A stretch of DNA of 59,180 bases from an uncultured bacterium (GCA_949293405.1 CASFDI010000090.1:1-59180), one strand, 5' to 3'; positions 1 through 9,851 are shown, counted from the stretch's first letter. Notes: generated by a model from the letters alone, not told the origin. A program made the numbers and translations.

Positions 1-1874
1 GCCATGGAGCCGTTGTCTTCATCCCCCGGGAATCCCTCCGGACGGGCGGAGAACAGGCGGGCGATCCTGTGGATCAGGCGGTCTGTTTTTTCCTGCTCCC
101 CGAAGTAAGCATACAGATAGGGATAATGAAAGCAGGGTTGATTGGAGATTGCACATTGACCGAGATCCACCGCTGCCATCTCACTCATTTCGTGAATTTC
201 GCAGCGGTATCCTCCTACCGAAAAACGCGGCGGGAGCGAAAACACCTCATCCAGCTTGGCGAGCAGGCCGGCCTTTCCGCCGTACAGGTCAGCAAGCCCT
301 TCCGGATCATGCGGCACCGAAAAGGAACTCTGATAAGCGCTGCCTTCCGTGTATGCGCCGCCCCATGCAAACGGATCAAAGTCAGCGCTTCGCCCGCCGG
401 AAGAATCGAGCGGACGCATCAGTCCGTATGCCGGATCAAACAGACGGCGATATCCCTTACTGCGTTCAAGATAGAATCGGAACAGATCCTTTTTGCCCAA
501 AAGGAGCGCAACCTGTGCAATGCAGAAATCACCGTAACAGGAGTCCAGCGTATTGTTGACGCTTTCCGGAATATGATCGGGTACATATCCGTACCGATTG
601 TATTCAGTGACCCCGATCCGTCCGTACCGCCGGTCTTCCGGCGCCTCGGTTGCGTGTCTGCACATGCCTTTGAAAGCGTCTTCCAGCGCTTCAGCCGACA
701 GCAGTCCCTTCACCGCGGCATCGGCGATGACCGCGTCAATCAGTGTGCCGGGCATGCACCCGAATTCTCCTATTGCAGGCCAGCGGGGCAACCATCCGCT
801 GTCGTGGTACAGATTCAGAAATCCCTCCACTGCCTCGGTGCAGTCTGTGGGACTGATCACCGACAGCAGCGGATATACCGTGCGGTAGGTATCCCAGAAT
901 CCGTTGTTGGTATAGATTTTCCCGGGTTTTACCGTTCCGTCGTGCGGGCTGTAGTGCACCGTGTCGCCCGATGGGGCGATTTCATAGGCTTTGTGCGGAT
1001 ACAGAAAGACCCTGCTGAGGCAGGAATAAAAGGTACGCATCTCATCGGGAGTGTCTGCCTGTACCGATACAGTGGCCAGTTTCCGTTCCCAGGCATCCGC
1101 AGCAGCCCGGTGCGCACTGTCAAAATCCGGAAAGCCGGTTTCCCGCTCCAGATTGCACAGCGCCTGTTCTGCACTGATATAGGAGGAGGCAATGCGCACG
1201 GTTACCGTATGTTCGGTCAGAGCCAGATTCAGAGTGCCGTCTGTAATTGCTGTACCGGGAGTGAAGACACCGTCCCCTCCTGCAATCCGGCACCCCTCCT
1301 GATCGATGGCACAGTCAAATCGGAAGGCAATATGCATCCGGAACCCCACGGCGGTCTGCCAGGGCTGCGTGTCGGTCTCGCCGAGAACGGTATGCGTATC
1401 CGCTACCCGGAAGACGGTTTCTCCCTTGCCGGGCAGCGCAGGGAAGAGGGCAAATCGCGGGGGCAGGTGTTCCGGATAGCAGAGACATACCACGGCGCCC
1501 CGTTCGGTGGGAGTCAGTTTCAGCCGGATGCCGTACCGCAGTAAAAACAGGTCCAGCAGATCGGGACGCACGATTGCTTCCTGCGGGCGGTAGCTGGACC
1601 AGGCGCAGTCTCCCGCATAGGGTTCTCCCGCCTCGGGCAGAAAACAAAAACATCCGTAATCTCCGATCCAGGGACTTGGCTGATGGGTCAGACGGATCCC
1701 TTCAACCGAGGTATCATCCGGGTGAAAAAACCAGTTGCCGCGTGTATGGGAGGTCTGCAATGTGTATCCTCCCATTCCAAAGGGCATCTGTACCATGGCA
1801 AGCGTGTTTCCGTGCGAAAAACGCGCGTTACTTGCCGTACCCTGCAGTCCATTGACAAATTGCAGATAACCCAT
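1..1874 (-). CDS. GH92 family alpha-mannosidase, 3' end runs off the left edge of the window
   Basis: Manual translation from ATG at 1874 (RBS GGAAAGGAGG): MGYLQFVNGLQGTASNARFSHGNTLAMVQMPFG...GIRLTHQPSPWIGDYG. The window edge reads GFPGDEDNGSMA. Both are GH92 signatures. No stop inside the window, so it is missing from the ORF track. No signal peptide. Confidence 0.92.
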   Translation of the reverse strand, partial: MGYLQFVNGLQGTASNARFSHGNTLAMVQMPFGMGGYTLQTSHTRGNWFFHPDDTSVEGIRLTHQPSPWIGDYGCFCFLPEAGEPYAGDCAWSSYRPQEAIVRPDLLDLFLLRYGIRLKLTPTERGAVVCLCYPEHLPPRFALFPALPGKGETVFRVADTHTVLGETDTQPWQTAVGFRMHIAFRFDCAIDQEGCRIAGGDGVFTPGTAITDGTLNLALTEHTVTVRIASSYISAEQALCNLERETGFPDFDSAHRAAADAWERKLATVSVQADTPDEMRTFYSCLSRVFLYPHKAYEIAPSGDTVHYSPHDGTVKPGKIYTNNGFWDTYRTVYPLLSVISPTDCTEAVEGFLNLYHDSGWLPRWPAIGEFGCMPGTLIDAVIADAAVKGLLSAEALEDAFKGMCRHATEAPEDRRYGRIGVTEYNRYGYVPDHIPESVNNTLDSCYGDFCIAQVALLLGKKDLFRFYLERSKGYRRLFDPAYGLMRPLDSSGGRSADFDPFAWGGAYTEGSAYQSSFSVPHDPEGLADLYGGKAGLLAKLDEVFSLPPRFSVGGYRCEIHEMSEMAAVDLGQCAISNQPCFHYPYLYAYFGEQEKTDRLIHRIARLFSARPEGFPGDEDNGSM

Positions 1875-1923
1875 TGTGCCTCCTTTCCGACAGGCTCCGC
1901 CTGTCAGGTGCTACTCTCATGTA

Positions 1924-1952
1924 GTTATACCATACAAGGCCTGCTTTGTCAA
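1924..1952 (-). promoter_or_regulatory. sigma-A type promoter for the GH92 gene
   Basis: Minus strand TTGACA-17 nt-TATAAC with TG upstream of the -10. Confidence 0.7.
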
Positions 1953-2149
1953 TGCTGCCTTGAGGCATAAACTACAGATGCAAAGCCTGCTGCCCGGACG
2001 CGGAGAACTTCCCGAGATCTTGACGGTAGGGAAACGGATCTGAGACGAACGGCGTTTTTGCTCATTGGCCCCTCTGCCTCCGGTCTGCAGAAACTCCTTC
2101 TTGTAAATTTTTATTTGCATTTCATATGGATACATGATCCGGCAAATAC

Positions 2150-2183
2150 AAAAGCCGGCACCCTGAATACGGGTGCCGGCTTT
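2150..2183 (-). terminator. intrinsic terminator after the 628-aa gene
   Basis: AAAGCCGGCACCC / GGGTGCCGGCTTT inverted repeat; T-run on the minus strand. Confidence 0.7.
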
Positions 2184-2223
2184 ACATGCGGCCGTGCCGC
2201 TTCTGCCGTGCCGGTCGTCAAAG

Positions 2224-4110
2224 CTACCTGGAAAAGAGAGAGCGGATATGCGCAGGCAGGTCAGCCAGAGTGCTGCCGTCGGGCATGCTGCGGATGATCA
2301 CAACGCCTGCAATGACCGCGACCGTCAACACGGCAACTATCAATACAAACAGGAGCACTGCCAGAAGAGAGAAACGCGACCGACGAGGGATTTCGGCGTC
2401 GCCGTAAACTCCTTCTTCTTCCCATACGCCGTAGAAGGCGGCTTCCCGTGCATTGCGGCGCGTCTGCCGTTCCAGCCGTGCGCGCAACTCCCGGTTTTCT
2501 CTGTTGGACGCGTGCAGATCATTCTGGATATTGAGCCGCATTTCGCGTTCCACGGATTCGGGATTCAGGTAGCGGCGCTCGGCCTCCTGCGCAGCGGTTT
2601 TATGCCGGGCGGCGTAGGCAGCGGTGGCATCTGCCGCTTTCTGCAGACGCTTCTTCAATGATCCGCTTGCACAGGTCATCGCCAGCAGATAATAGGGATT
2701 GGCCGAAATGTCCATTTTACATCCGGCAAGCTTGCTGATCCGGGGACATTGCATGTCACACAACAGCAGACCGGCATACGCTTCTGCACAGGTGGGGTCA
2801 GATTGACAGACCTGAACATACAGCCGGCTTGCCTGATAATATGCTGCGCCGGTTACCGCGCCGGCTGCTTTACGCAGCAGTTTTCGGTTGCGGCGACGGA
2901 TCGATGCTGCAGGGGGCGTGCCTGCCGCCGCATTCAGTGCGGCCCGCATGCTGTCATATCCCAGCCTCGCATATGCCACCCGGGCGCCTGCATCGGCAGC
3001 TCCCTGGGCAATTTCGCGGTCGGTCATCACGGCCAGGTGTTCTTCTTCGCTCAGCTGGGCATAGGAATCCAGCATGCGCCGCTCTGCTTCCCGCGCCATT
3101 TTTTCCAGCCGCTTTCTGCCTGTACAGTCGTAATGCACTGCCAGAATATAATGCGGATTGTCGGCAAAGGCATCGGGTTGCCGGAGCAGATATTTGGTGC
3201 GGCTGACCTGCAGGCTGACAAGCAACATGCCCAGGTGGGCGTCCGCACAGGTGGGATAATCGTCAAGAACCCGCGTCAGATAGATTTCGGCTTTGGAGAA
3301 TTTCTTCCGTCTGACGCAGCGCAGACCGCGGGAGAGCAGTTCTTCCGCCTCCCATTTGCGCATCCGGCGGCCGAAGTGGGCGCGTTCCGCCCGCTCAGCG
3401 TTGGCAATCACGGAGGCACGGCGGGCAGCCAGCAGGCGCTGGCGCGCCGCAGTACGGCGCTCCTGCAGTTGCCGGGCCTCTTCGCCCGCTGCCTGATGGG
3501 CGCTGTCGGTGTTGCGCCGGGAAAGCATCAGCAGTTCCTGTCGCCGCGCGGGATCGGCACAGCGCAGTGCCAGCTGATAGTTCTGCAGGTAGGTAAAGGA
3601 TTCGCGCAGGGATGCCAGATCCTGTGGGCGCCGTACCTGCAACTCGCACAGCAGTTTTCCGAGGTAGGCGTCGGAAAGATTCTGATTTTCTTTCAGTGCC
3701 CGGTCAAAACAGGACAGCGCCTGGTCGAAACGTTGCCTTTCGCACAGGCGGAAGCCCTCCTGAAGCAGTGCTGCCGCGGCGCCGGACGCAATCCCTACAG
3801 CGCCGGTCCCGCCCACACCCGCAACCTGCAGGCGCGGCGTCTGGCCGACACGCAGAGGAGCCGAGCCGAGCGGATAGGCAGTCAGGGCAGGGGGCTCTTC
3901 GATGGGGGGCTTGGGGGGTGTAGCCGGTTTGGCGGGTGGGATAACCGGTTCGGTATTCTGTTGTTCCTGAACGCCGGATGGTTCTTCCGGAAGCGGTTTC
4001 GCCACGGGCGCCACCCGGCCCGGAATACGGGGTACCGGAGTGGGGGCGTTTGCTTCGGGCTTATTCAGAATGACATGAGCGCGGGGCGGTGTATGTAACT
4101 GCTGTTCCAT
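2224..4110 (-). CDS. tail-anchored protein with Pro-rich N-terminus and three tandem TPR-like modules
   Basis: 628 aa; RBS GGAAGGAGAG; three ~88-aa repeats (DAYLGKLLCELQV / DAHLGMLLVSLQV / EAYAGLLLCDMQC); hydrophobic TM helix near the C-terminus. Confidence 0.8.
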   Translation of the reverse strand: MEQQLHTPPRAHVILNKPEANAPTPVPRIPGRVAPVAKPLPEEPSGVQEQQNTEPVIPPAKPATPPKPPIEEPPALTAYPLGSAPLRVGQTPRLQVAGVGGTGAVGIASGAAAALLQEGFRLCERQRFDQALSCFDRALKENQNLSDAYLGKLLCELQVRRPQDLASLRESFTYLQNYQLALRCADPARRQELLMLSRRNTDSAHQAAGEEARQLQERRTAARQRLLAARRASVIANAERAERAHFGRRMRKWEAEELLSRGLRCVRRKKFSKAEIYLTRVLDDYPTCADAHLGMLLVSLQVSRTKYLLRQPDAFADNPHYILAVHYDCTGRKRLEKMAREAERRMLDSYAQLSEEEHLAVMTDREIAQGAADAGARVAYARLGYDSMRAALNAAAGTPPAASIRRRNRKLLRKAAGAVTGAAYYQASRLYVQVCQSDPTCAEAYAGLLLCDMQCPRISKLAGCKMDISANPYYLLAMTCASGSLKKRLQKAADATAAYAARHKTAAQEAERRYLNPESVEREMRLNIQNDLHASNRENRELRARLERQTRRNAREAAFYGVWEEEGVYGDAEIPRRSRFSLLAVLLFVLIVAVLTVAVIAGVVIIRSMPDGSTLADLPAHIRSLFSR

Positions 4111-4166
4111 GCTGCTCTCCTTCCGAAAAATCCGGGAACGGACATTGTTTCCATATGATTAAAAAT

Positions 4167-4307
4167 ATTATATAGCATTTTTACTTCAAAGTCAAGGGTT
4201 ATCGGACGGGCAAATCAAGGCCGTCAGGATATGTACTGCATACAAACGGAAACAGAACCGCAAAAAATGTATTGCCCCTTTACTTTTTTCCGAAAATATG
4301 GTATACT
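4167..4307. promoter_or_regulatory. divergent sigma-A promoters (628-aa gene and prfB)
   Basis: Minus strand TTGACT-17-TATAAT (~4167-4195); plus strand TTTACT-17-TATACT (4279-4307). Confidence 0.6.
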
Positions 4308-4350
4308 TTATTTTGAGAAGTTGTTTTAAGTGAAAGGCTGGGCGTGCACA

Positions 4351-5460
4351 TTGATCATCGCACTGGAAGAAGCAAAACATGCGCTGGAGGATCTGAAAGA
4401 ACCGCTTGAGGATCTTGGACAGGCGCTTCGTATCAACGAAATGACTGAAAAGGTGGCGGAGTTGGAAGCACAGACTCTGGAAGAGGGCTTCTGGAATGAT
4501 ACTGCCAAAAGTTCCCGCATTCTGCAGAATATCAAGCAGATGAAGGATAAAATAGAGGCATATCACGACCTTCTGACCAGGCGGGAGGATGCGCTCACTC
4601 TTGCTGAGATGGCTATTGAAGAGCAGGATGAAAGTTCCCTGGAAGAGGTGGAGCGGGAGTTGAACTATATCCGCACCGAGGCAGAGAAGCAGCGCCTGGA
4701 GACACTGTTGTGCGGTGAATACGACCGGCACAATGCCATTCTTTCTTTCCATCCGGGAGCAGGCGGGACCGAGGCGCAGGACTGGGCGCAGATGCTTTAC
4801 CGCATGTATACCCGCTGGGGCGAGCGGCACGGTTATACCGTTAAACTGGTGGACTGGCTCGACGGTGATGAAGCGGGAATCAAAAGCGCTACCATTACTG
4901 TGGAAGGTTCCAACGCATACGGGTATCTGAAGAGCGAGAACGGGGTGCACCGGTTGGTGCGCGTTTCTCCTTTTGATGCTTCCGGTCGTCGTCAGACCTC
5001 GTTCGCCTCGGTGGAAGTGATGCCCGAGTTTGAAGAAGATGACGATATTGAACTCCGCGATGAAGATCTGGAGATTACCGCGCACCGTTCGAGCGGCGCA
5101 GGCGGTCAGCATATCAACAAGACCGACTCCGCCATCCGGATCGTGCATCTGCCCACCGGTATTGTGGTGGGATGCCAGACCGAGCGCAGCCAGTTGCAGA
5201 ATAAGGAAACCGCACTCAAAATGCTCAAGTCCAAACTGATGGAGATCAAAGCACGCGAAAAACTGGCGCGAATTGAAGACATTCAGGGGGTCAAGAGCAA
5301 CATTGAATGGGGATCTCAGATCCGCAGTTATGTGTTTATGCCGTATACATTGGTCAAGGATACCCGTACCGGTTATGAAGACGGAAATGTGAGCGCGGTG
5401 ATGGACGGAGATCTGGATGGCTTTATCAATGCATATCTGAAGCAGAACGCGGAAAAATAA
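4351..5460 (+). CDS. prfB: peptide chain release factor 2, single reading frame
   Basis: GAGGTEAQDW, the RF2 recognition motif SPF (RVSPFD), GGQ (SGAGGQH), WGSQIRSYV. Probable TTG start at 4351 (ORF track starts at 4330). Confidence 0.97.
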   Translation: MIIALEEAKHALEDLKEPLEDLGQALRINEMTEKVAELEAQTLEEGFWNDTAKSSRILQNIKQMKDKIEAYHDLLTRREDALTLAEMAIEEQDESSLEEVERELNYIRTEAEKQRLETLLCGEYDRHNAILSFHPGAGGTEAQDWAQMLYRMYTRWGERHGYTVKLVDWLDGDEAGIKSATITVEGSNAYGYLKSENGVHRLVRVSPFDASGRRQTSFASVEVMPEFEEDDDIELRDEDLEITAHRSSGAGGQHINKTDSAIRIVHLPTGIVVGCQTERSQLQNKETALKMLKSKLMEIKAREKLARIEDIQGVKSNIEWGSQIRSYVFMPYTLVKDTRTGYEDGNVSAVMDGDLDGFINAYLKQNAEK

Positions 5461-5558
5461 GGTAAGATCTGTCCGGGACGGTGGCCCCGGATCTGCGGAA
5501 CGGCCGTTGGCTGGCGGCCCGGATGCACAATATTTTATGGAAAAGAGAGGGAACTGTT

Positions 5559-5843
5559 ATGTGGAAGAAAACACGGTTGTACGCCGGAATTGCCATGCTG
5601 GTGCAGGCGTTTGCGTTTGCGGTGCTGTTCTGCACGCAGATCGTCAAGCGCAAGAGCCTGGCCGGTGCATTTCTGGCGGTTGCCGCGGCCGAAGGCGCGG
5701 CGGGCGGATTCCTGTTGTGGCGTGCCTATGAAGAGAACCGCCGTGAACGCGCACTTGGATACACGGAAGACGATGCATTCTATTTCGATGAGGACGAAAT
5801 GAACCGTGAACTGTCCGGGAATCCGGATGAAGACGCAGGGTAA
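5559..5843 (+). CDS. small membrane protein (2 TM helices, acidic tail)
   Basis: ATG 5559 after GAGAGGGA; two hydrophobic segments; D/E-rich C-terminus. Confidence 0.7.
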   Translation: MWKKTRLYAGIAMLVQAFAFAVLFCTQIVKRKSLAGAFLAVAAAEGAAGGFLLWRAYEENRRERALGYTEDDAFYFDEDEMNRELSGNPDEDAG

Positions 5844-5867
5844 GACCGGCTGTCAGAATCGGGATTT

Positions 5868-5907
5868 AAAAAAGGGGGCTGCCGCATGTTGTGGCAGCCC
5901 CCTTTTT
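5868..5907 (+). terminator. intrinsic terminator
   Basis: AAAAAGGGGGCTGCC...GGCAGCCCCCTTTTT hairpin with A/T tails. Confidence 0.85.
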
Positions 5908-5943
5908 CGGGTCTGAAAACAAATGCAATCTGCAACATCTCTA

Positions 5944-5972
5944 TTGACATTACATCTGATTTGTGTTAAAAT
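5944..5972 (+). promoter_or_regulatory. sigma-A promoter for the 1253-aa gene
   Basis: TTGACA-17-TAAAAT with TG extension in an AT-rich region. Confidence 0.7.
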
Positions 5973-6089
5973 GTTAAAAATGCGTAAATTTCAGATAATA
6001 TTTTGTACATAATTTACATATTTTAAACTGGAAATTCGTTTACAATGTCAATTCAAAGAGCAATCATATAAAGGAGAACGGAATTTACC

Positions 6090-9000
6090 ATGAAAAAAGC
6101 ATTGCAGATGTTGTCAATCCTGTTGGTCCTTTGCACCGTATTGGCGGGGACAGTGCTGTTTTCACAGGCCGCGGGGACGGTGTGTGAGGAGGACTTTGAT
6201 GGGCTGACTGCCGGAACGGTCACGAAAATTTCAGGCTGGAGTCTGGCAAGCACCGGCAGCAAACCGGGCGTGCAGTACGAAATCGTGAAGGACGGGACAG
6301 GCGGACAGTACCTTCGCTGGATTCAGGGAACCAGCGATCCCTATATCCGTCCGAATTGGGCGGCAGAGGATTATGCCGCAAGTGATGAGGACACGATGAC
6401 TTTTTCGGTGGATCTGCGCATGGAGGCGGACAAACCGGTGATTGCGGGCAGGATGATGCTCCGCGTCTCCAGTTCGGATTCTTCCGACAATGTGTCGTTC
6501 TTTGCTACCGACAAGACCGGCATGGTATATGCAGGTCCTTCCTCGACAGCCGGACTGCCGCTGATCCGTCTGGATGCGGATGTTTTTCATACTTTTTCGT
6601 TTGTACCGACTTTCGATGAAACCCCCCATATGGATGTATATGTGGACGGGGTGCTACTGGCATCGGACGTTGCACTGACCATGCCCGAGGGGAAGGTCAC
6701 CGGAACCAATACGGAGTGGTTCCGGAGCACCACTTTTTTCAATATGTCCTCTACGAAGAATTCGGCCGGTGACGCCACTCTGCTGATTGATAACATCAGG
6801 GCAGAGGGAGGAGATACCATGGGGATGCAGGCCCAGACCGATGCCAGACTGCTGGTGCTGTATGCCAACGGCGGAACGGTCGACCGTTCTGTTACTTATA
6901 CGCCCGGCATGACGCTGCCGGAGCCCGTACTGGAAGGGGCTCAGTTCAAGGGCTGGTACACAGATGCGGATTTCTCAGGTGATTCCGTCACACAGGTGCC
7001 GGACGATGCGGCGGGTGTTCAGTGTTTCTGGGCCAGATGGAACAAACCGTATACCGTCACCTTCCGCGACGGAGAAAAGATTGTGGGAACACAGTCTTTC
7101 TCCTCGGATGCGGGCGGCTTCGAAATTCAGACGGAACAGGTGCCCGGTTGCGCTTGGTATGATACCGCTTCCCAGATGTTCTATCATACCGGAGCGTTCG
7201 TTGCGGCGGACGGAGACACGGTTCTGGAAGCAATCGGCGTATACGGTCCGTTTGAAGACGGGAACACACTTTTCATTGATAACGACTACAGCGGGGACAG
7301 CGTGGTCAGCAGTGACTGTTCCGTAACCGAAATGACCATGGCTTCCAATACCACCGTCACGATCGAAACCGAGGGGGAAAACCGCTTTATGCAGGTGCAG
7401 TCCCCTGCGGGCGGCAACTTCTATTATGATCTGCGCAATGTGACCGGATCGCGTTTCACCATGCATTTTTCACTGCGGGCAGCTGCTGGACAACCGGTTG
7501 CAAAAGGTCTGGTGGGGTATAAATGGTCAGGAAGCACCGGCCCCTCTCTGCTGACTTTTGATACGGACGGCACACTGAAATTCCTGGGTGAGAAGGTGGG
7601 TATGCTGACCGCAGACGCCTGGACCGACTTTATTATCACCATCGATGGGGAAGCGCGGACTGCCTCTCTCTATATTGACGGGCTGGCTTATGCGGTTGAT
7701 GCGGAGGCGTATGCCAATACCGGTGTGGAACGGCCCTTTTACTTCTTCCTCAATCAGAGTGAGGAGACCGGATTCATTCAGCTGGACAACCTGAAAATCT
7801 ATCAGGGTGAGGCGTTTCTTGCGGAAACTGCCGACTGCCGTGTGAATCTTCTGCCCGGGGCATCGGTGCGTACGGCTGCGCCGACCGGTCTGCGCTTTGA
7901 AAGCACACTGGACCGCGCCATGTACGAGACGCTGGTCGGAATGGGATACTCGGTAACATTCGGTACATACATTTTCCCGGCCGATCAGTATTTTACCTAT
8001 GAGGCGAACGGGATGCAGGGCGCACTTGTCAGCGCTTTTACCGATATCGGGGATCTGACCTATGATCCGGACACCGGACTGTATACCTATTATACATCTA
8101 TTGTGAATCTGCTGGATCAGAACTATGCCCGTGCGTTTGGTGCTGTCTCCTATATCACGGCGGAACGGGACGGGGTGAGCAGAACCTATACCACACCGTA
8201 CAGCAGCGAAGAGAACGCCCGCAGTATCTATCAGGTTGCGAAAGCAGTCCTGCAGGACACGGAAGAGCTGCAAACGCTCACCGATCCTCAGCGCGCGGTC
8301 ATTACCGGTTATCTGGACGCAGTGGTGGAGCTGGACGGAGACGGAGCGGTTGTGATCGACAACTACAACTCTCCCTATACGGTGGTGGTTGCTGACCGGG
8401 TTCTGACGGTCACGGCCGGATCGGAGGATCAGCTTACCGCGATCCGTGCAATCCTGTACGATGGGAAAGTATATACCGGCGGGTGGACCGTGAAGGAAGA
8501 CGGAATTGTTGTGACGCTGCCGGTTCCGGATGAACTCATCCCGGATACAGAGCGGTTTTCGGGCATGCAGTCCGTGCTGCTGATGGGGCAGTCCAATATG
8601 GCGGGCCGGGGCGATCTGTCCAAAGCGTTGCCGGTACAAGACGACCGGATCTATATGATGCGGGACGGCGCCTGGGTGCCTATGGTGGAGCCCATTCATG
8701 AAGGAAGCGCGGCAGGCGCGTGCCTGGGCGCCACTTTTGCCAAGGGGTTTGTGGATACATTCGGCAATGACATCGGGCTGATTCCCACGGCGGTGGGCGG
8801 CACCAGCATTGATGACTGGACAGTGGGCGGCGAACTTTACAACAATGCGCTTGCCATGGCCCGTGCGGCGCAGCAGACCTCCTCCATTTGTGCGATCCTT
8901 TGGCATCAGGGTGAATCCAACATGGGCAACAATGCCGATTACGCCGAAAAATTCAATGTGATCATGACCTCACTGCTCAATGAGCTGGGACTTGACCGCA

Positions 9001-9851
9001 ATGATGTTGTGATTATCTCCGGCCAGCTCGGAGAATTCAAAGGTTCTTCCGCAAATGCCATCAATGCCCAGTTTGAGCGGATCGGAATGTATTTCCCGAA
9101 TTATGCGGTTACTTCTTCGAAGGGGCTGACTGCAGAAGATGTGACCACGCATTTTGATGCGGCAAGCCTGCGGGTATTCGGGTACCGGTATTTTGCGAAC
9201 TTCTATCAGCTGGTCACCGGGAAGACCTATACGGATTTCAGCGATGATCCGGATGACTACCGGGTTGAGGTGGGCGATGATCTTGCTGCACAGTCGTTTG
9301 ACCGTTTTGTTGCGGGAGAGCCTTTCTCCAGATATGGTGTGATTACAGACATTGACGGCGACGGCAACATGCAGTGCGCTGTCAGCGGTGCCGGAAAATA
9401 TATCGATATTGCCAACGCCGAACCGATCCAGGGACGGGGATTCGTGGTGGAAGGTCTGTTCCGGATCAGTGCGGATTACGCGGTATCGAACGATTTGCTG
9501 AAACCGGCCTACACCGATGCTGAAGGGAATCCCAAGTCCCTTGCAAGCGTCTGGGTGGATACTTCGGGTGCTCTGTGGACTGCCAGCGGAGGCGAATCGC
9601 TGGGCGTTTCTCTTGCCTCCGATTCCTGGACGCATGTTGCCATTGTCTATCACGAGGATGCCACACGCGATATCTACATCAACGGTACGCTGGCAGGCGA
9701 GGGTGTTGCATGCACGGATTTTTCCGGTATTTCGATTCCGAAAGTCCGTGTCATTCACAACCGCAGCAAAGCGGATGCCGGGTCCCTGTATGTGGATGAT
9801 TATCAGTGTTATTACGGTGATGCAGTGCGGGTGCCGGAGAGCAATTCCTGA
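6090..9851 (+). CDS. secreted multidomain carbohydrate esterase (SASA/CE6-like SGNH domain, InlB B-repeat, LamG/lectin-like beta-sandwiches)
   Basis: Signal peptide MKKALQMLSILLVLCTVLAG; SGNH blocks LLMGQSNMAGRG, AVGGT, WHQGES, DVTTHFD; B-repeat FKGWYTDADFSG...FWARW; three beta-rich domains ending LLIDNI / IQLDNLKIY / LYVDDY. Confidence 0.8.
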   Translation: MKKALQMLSILLVLCTVLAGTVLFSQAAGTVCEEDFDGLTAGTVTKISGWSLASTGSKPGVQYEIVKDGTGGQYLRWIQGTSDPYIRPNWAAEDYAASDEDTMTFSVDLRMEADKPVIAGRMMLRVSSSDSSDNVSFFATDKTGMVYAGPSSTAGLPLIRLDADVFHTFSFVPTFDETPHMDVYVDGVLLASDVALTMPEGKVTGTNTEWFRSTTFFNMSSTKNSAGDATLLIDNIRAEGGDTMGMQAQTDARLLVLYANGGTVDRSVTYTPGMTLPEPVLEGAQFKGWYTDADFSGDSVTQVPDDAAGVQCFWARWNKPYTVTFRDGEKIVGTQSFSSDAGGFEIQTEQVPGCAWYDTASQMFYHTGAFVAADGDTVLEAIGVYGPFEDGNTLFIDNDYSGDSVVSSDCSVTEMTMASNTTVTIETEGENRFMQVQSPAGGNFYYDLRNVTGSRFTMHFSLRAAAGQPVAKGLVGYKWSGSTGPSLLTFDTDGTLKFLGEKVGMLTADAWTDFIITIDGEARTASLYIDGLAYAVDAEAYANTGVERPFYFFLNQSEETGFIQLDNLKIYQGEAFLAETADCRVNLLPGASVRTAAPTGLRFESTLDRAMYETLVGMGYSVTFGTYIFPADQYFTYEANGMQGALVSAFTDIGDLTYDPDTGLYTYYTSIVNLLDQNYARAFGAVSYITAERDGVSRTYTTPYSSEENARSIYQVAKAVLQDTEELQTLTDPQRAVITGYLDAVVELDGDGAVVIDNYNSPYTVVVADRVLTVTAGSEDQLTAIRAILYDGKVYTGGWTVKEDGIVVTLPVPDELIPDTERFSGMQSVLLMGQSNMAGRGDLSKALPVQDDRIYMMRDGAWVPMVEPIHEGSAAGACLGATFAKGFVDTFGNDIGLIPTAVGGTSIDDWTVGGELYNNALAMARAAQQTSSICAILWHQGESNMGNNADYAEKFNVIMTSLLNELGLDRNDVVIISGQLGEFKGSSANAINAQFERIGMYFPNYAVTSSKGLTAEDVTTHFDAASLRVFGYRYFANFYQLVTGKTYTDFSDDPDDYRVEVGDDLAAQSFDRFVAGEPFSRYGVITDIDGDGNMQCAVSGAGKYIDIANAEPIQGRGFVVEGLFRISADYAVSNDLLKPAYTDAEGNPKSLASVWVDTSGALWTASGGESLGVSLASDSWTHVAIVYHEDATRDIYINGTLAGEGVACTDFSGISIPKVRVIHNRSKADAGSLYVDDYQCYYGDAVRVPESNS

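Noticed and set aside
69-1544. 491-aa plus-strand ORF
   Set aside because: Antisense shadow of the GH92 gene; no RBS or motifs.
6000-6050. TACATA/TTTACA repeats in the esterase leader as a regulator site
   Set aside because: 9-bp spacing in very AT-rich DNA; compatible with chance.
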